Origin: an uncultured Desulfosarcina sp.
GTDB taxonomy: Bacteria > Desulfobacterota > Desulfobacteria > Desulfobacterales > Desulfosarcinaceae
NCBI GenBank assembly: GCA_963674945.2
Contig: CAXXWQ010000004.1
Location: 768,001 to 832,000 of the forward strand
Length of the DNA stretch: 64,000 bases
Direction of reading: 5' to 3'
Part shown: positions 60,858 through 64,000 of the stretch, in pieces
Numbering within the stretch: the stretch's first letter is position 1
How the letters are laid out: each line of letters opens with the position of its first letter
The notes under the pieces: generated by a model
Told to the model about the DNA's origin: nothing
Databases searched by the model: none
Seen by the model: the letters and a program-made list of their open reading frames with translations, nothing else
Program-made: the position numbers and the translations under genes

Positions 60858-61325
60858 CTATGATTCCTTTCTCATATAAACACCTCTTGAAAGGGACTCG
60901 ATTTTTCCACTCTGCTTCAGCTTGTACAGGGCATTATTTACTTGGCGTGGCGTAAAACCTCCCTTTCCCTTTAATTCTGAAACCGTGGTACCTTTACCGC
61001 CACTGCTTATTAAGTCGTAAACATTGTCAAGTATGTTTCCAGACTCGCTTACTTCCACTTTCGGTTCAGTTTTCTTTACCTCAACTGTCTTCCCAGCTTT
61101 CTTGGGAGCCTTTTTCTTCTTGGCGGCAACCTTCTTGTTGGGTGCAACCTTCTTTTTAGCTACTTTGGAAACATCCTTTTTCCTATCGGCTGTTTTCTTG
61201 GCAGGCTTTGCTATCACAGTTTCTTTTTCAATAACTGCGGCTATCTTTTCCACTTTTACAGAAATCGCTGACAATGCTTCAGAAATCGAAATCAAGTTCT
61301 TTATTACTTTCTTCATTAAAAACAA
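60858..61325 (-). CDS. Lys/Ala-rich histone-H1-like protein with C-terminal winged HTH
   Basis: AKPAKK/VAKKK/AAKKKKAPKK repeats; QVNNALYKLKQSGKI...RGVY. Confidence 0.65.
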   Translation of the reverse strand: MFLMKKVIKNLISISEALSAISVKVEKIAAVIEKETVIAKPAKKTADRKKDVSKVAKKKVAPNKKVAAKKKKAPKKAGKTVEVKKTEPKVEVSESGNILDNVYDLISSGGKGTTVSELKGKGGFTPRQVNNALYKLKQSGKIESLSRGVYMRKES

Positions 61326-61426
61326 TCTCCTTTGAACGGGTTAATATAGCGAGCTTAACTCATAAAAATATCATTGTAACAGTTGGAAATTTTTTAGGCA
61401 GATTATTGTATTTGATTTTCTACAAC

Positions 61427-62083
61427 CTATGGTTCCCGATGGTAGCTAAGAACCTGCCCTCTAAATGGTTTTGCTAAGTAGGTAGTATTACCTGGCTTTA
61501 CTTGGCTATGTAAGTACCCAAAACGTGACATTTTTTTACTGAAGTGAGCATGATGCCCACGTCCGGGATCAACAAGAATCACATCACAAGTTTCTTTTGC
61601 ATGCTGTTCAATGAAACCAGCCAACAGCTCAACATGAGATCTCTCATATAACAGGTCACTACCAATGACGAGATCAAACTCTCCTATCCCACTATCTTTA
61701 TCTCCCCATCCTGTACAAAAGAAAGGGATTTCTTTGCCATTATTGAGTTGAACGTTTTTTCGAAGAAAACTTTCTACCTCTGGATGGTAATCCATAGCTG
61801 TTATATCCATGAAGCGATGATTAAGCACCAAACTCGCCAAAGCGATTCCACAACCAACTTCCAAAATACGTAACCCTTTACATTCATAGTCGTGCATGAG
61901 GTGGGCAAGGACTTTTCCAGAATCCCAAATGACACCAAATAAAGGCCACATTGCCGATGATATTCCCTTTTTTAAAGCCATACCATCAACATCAGAATAC
62001 TGTTGTTTGTCTCGCAGTGTTCGAACATGAATATCTGTTTTGCCAAATTCAAAGGTTTGGTAACGAACTCGTATTTTGGACAT
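61427..62083 (-). CDS. Class I SAM-dependent methyltransferase (METTL21/Methyltransf_16-like)
   Basis: WPLFGVIW, ILEVGCGIAL, MDYH, LVIGSDLLYE, DPGR. Confidence 0.85.
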   Translation of the reverse strand: MSKIRVRYQTFEFGKTDIHVRTLRDKQQYSDVDGMALKKGISSAMWPLFGVIWDSGKVLAHLMHDYECKGLRILEVGCGIALASLVLNHRFMDITAMDYHPEVESFLRKNVQLNNGKEIPFFCTGWGDKDSGIGEFDLVIGSDLLYERSHVELLAGFIEQHAKETCDVILVDPGRGHHAHFSKKMSRFGYLHSQVKPGNTTYLAKPFRGQVLSYHREP

Positions 62084-62111
62084 AAATGACCTTTAACGTG
62101 TATTTTAATCT

Positions 62112-64000
62112 AAGGGCTCGCGCAAAAATAAATTCACATTTTCATGGTGAGATCGAATAGTTCCAATTTGGCCGTTGAGTATATCGTCTCAAGTTTATTT
62201 GATGCATTTGTTGGTCGGAGACCTTTTTACCTTTACGGTAATTCTTGTTGTTAAGAAAAACGCGGATTTTCAACCCTGTCGCGGTTTTGGTCGAACGAAT
62301 GAATTTCAACACAGTTTCGTAATCAAGCAAGGGTTGTGCTGCCCAGTTGTTGCTAATGAAAGAAAACATACGGTGTTCGATGGGATTCCACTTGGAGGAA
62401 CCGGGTGGATAATGACATACTTTGACCTTCAGGCCGAAGCGGCTGCAAAGACGGATCTGCAGCTGCTGTTTCCAAAGCCGGATTCTGTAGCCATTGCTTC
62501 CACCACAATCGGCCAGAATGAGCAGACGATCGGCATCAGGATAGTGGCGAGAACCAACTTTTTGCCACCATGTACGGATAGAATCTACGGCAAACTCGGA
62601 AGTATCGCGACTGGTGCCAACACATACAAAGCCCTTGTTTTGAATAATGTCATAGATACCGTATGGGATCGCAACACCATTGGCGTCAGAGGGGAAATCA
62701 TGATCCAAGACTTTTATCGGTGCTTGGCTCCATCGACGCCCGGCCTGATGGAACGGTCCTATTAGTTCTCGGCTTTTGGTATCAACACTGATCACGGGCA
62801 TTCCGTCGGCTTTATAGCAGCGTATCTGGCTGCGAAGATAGCGAAACTGTAAATCACGCTGGTGGGGATCGGGTGGTTTACTCTGCCCGGATTCAAGACA
62901 TTTAAGATTCAAGCGTAGGGAATAGTTCATTTGCTTTAACAATCTACCCACTGTTTTGGCCGATACCCGGATGCCGGCACGTTTCAATTGTTGGGCGATT
63001 TTTCCTGTGGTCTTGCGTGTCCACTTACACCCACTTACCGGATCACCAGCGGTCTCGTGCTCCATGATGACGGCGATGGCGTCTATGATTTCGGGCGTTT
63101 TTTTTCTTGCAGAAGGCGCCCGCCTCCTGCTGCCCGAACTTTTTGGGTACTCAAATCGCCGCTGATCAGTTCTTGTCGACCACGTGCTACGGTATGAGGA
63201 TCCATGCCAAGCAGCGATGCGATGTAGGCGTCACCGCCGTGGCCCAACTTTAACGATTCAAGCCCGGCGTATAGCCGGCGTTGGCGTTCATCGAGCATAC
63301 TGCAAAAAAGAACAATTATGGCCTTGGCCTCTTCTGCGGCCAAGTCGGGATTGGTTACGATAACAGAAGCCAAGGACTTTTTTAAACGGGATTTGCGAAC
63401 TTTCTCCTGTCTGCGAGCAACAACGTTTTCAGGAGACAGATAAATGTAGACAGCCTCGAATTTTTTACGCTGAAGCCGGTTGTCGCGTACCAGTTGGGTC
63501 AACGCATGTTTGGTCTTGACGTGCAAAATATCTTTTAGTTCGGCGGCGCTGTACCCCGCCTCTGATCGGGCAACAAGGGTCTCGGCTGTTTGAAGCAAAT
63601 TACCGAAACGTGAAAACCAAACATATTTGCAAGACCAAAGGCCAAGTTTAGAAAATCGCGCAATGCATAAAAGAGTATAAAATTTACCTCGATGCGAATA
63701 ACTGCTCAGATACTTCAGCTGCGCCAATTTTCGAAACAGCGTTGCTCGAGCCGGATTTCCAAGCGCCTCTTGAAGTTGATTAAAAGTGGCGATTTTGTGA
63801 ACACCAAAGAAATCCTTTATGTCTTGGAGATGGTATTTTGTCTTATTCATAATGATACAATTAGCCCTACAGGTCGATTCTGTCAAGGCCAATGATCTCA
63901 TTATGAGCAACAGGACAATATATTGCTATTTAGCCAATTATACGGATTTGTTGCAAACAACCATAGGATAGTTAATGAGACTATTAGCCTCATAATATGT
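62112..64000 (-). mobile_element. ISAzo13-family element, partial (one end outside the window; inner end approximate)
   Basis: Transposase ORFs on the minus strand; putative terminus near AGGGCTCGCGCAAAAATAA. Confidence 0.75.
62142..63910 (-). CDS. ISAzo13-family transposase, two ORFs with a probable -1 frameshift at an A8 run (63098-63105)
   Basis: LDERQRRLYAG..TVARGRQEL..RAAGGGR then KTPEII..TAGDP, ISVDTK, ADCGGSNG, SKWNPIEHRMFS. Confidence 0.88.

Larger units (their letters stand above)
10966..64000. mobile_element. Integrative conjugative element/genomic island at tRNA-Lys; right end outside the window or not identifiable
   Basis: Abrupt switch from core genes to rep, F-type tra, parAB, ssb, primase, radC, TA and IS content directly after the tRNA; no repeat of the tRNA 3' end seen; membership of the cargo beyond ~52 kb is inferred. 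Confidence 0.8.

Overview
The first ~11 kb is ordinary chromosomal backbone, with gene content suggesting a sulfate-reducing Desulfobacterota (inference). It carries a disulfide oxidoreductase, mpl, a sirtuin, a sigma54 activator, an M23 peptidase, hemL, a KptA-like gene and tRNA-Lys(CTT). Everything after the tRNA looks like one integrated conjugative element (ICE) that runs past the right edge of the window; no second att copy of the tRNA 3' end was found. The element begins with a phage-type replication initiator holding six 23-bp palindromic iterons. A ~25-kb co-oriented F-type T4SS/partition block follows (traA L E K B V C W U, trbC, peptidase, traF H G, a NusA paralogue, coupling protein, parAB). 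Next come a toxin-antitoxin/defence remnant region and a leading-region-like block (HU/IHF, two-OB-fold SSB, RepB'-type primase, DUF932, RadC, tyrosine recombinase), whose genes are preceded by long hairpins. Cargo follows: MBL hydrolase, arylsulfatase, GIY-YIG, SRAP, Csp, histone-like protein and methyltransferase. Five complete IS elements with readable inverted repeats and target duplications are present, three of them splitting genes (traG, a GajB-like helicase, an IHF/HU gene), plus one partial IS and two IS remnants. Top candidates for novelty: an in-frame TGA with a SECIS-like hairpin in traU (possible selenoprotein conjugation subunit), a multibranched ~190-nt structure directly upstream of the tyrosine recombinase, an ICE-encoded NusA paralogue, and covarying hairpin repeats in front of leading-region genes. 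All family calls come from motif recognition by eye, not from database searches.
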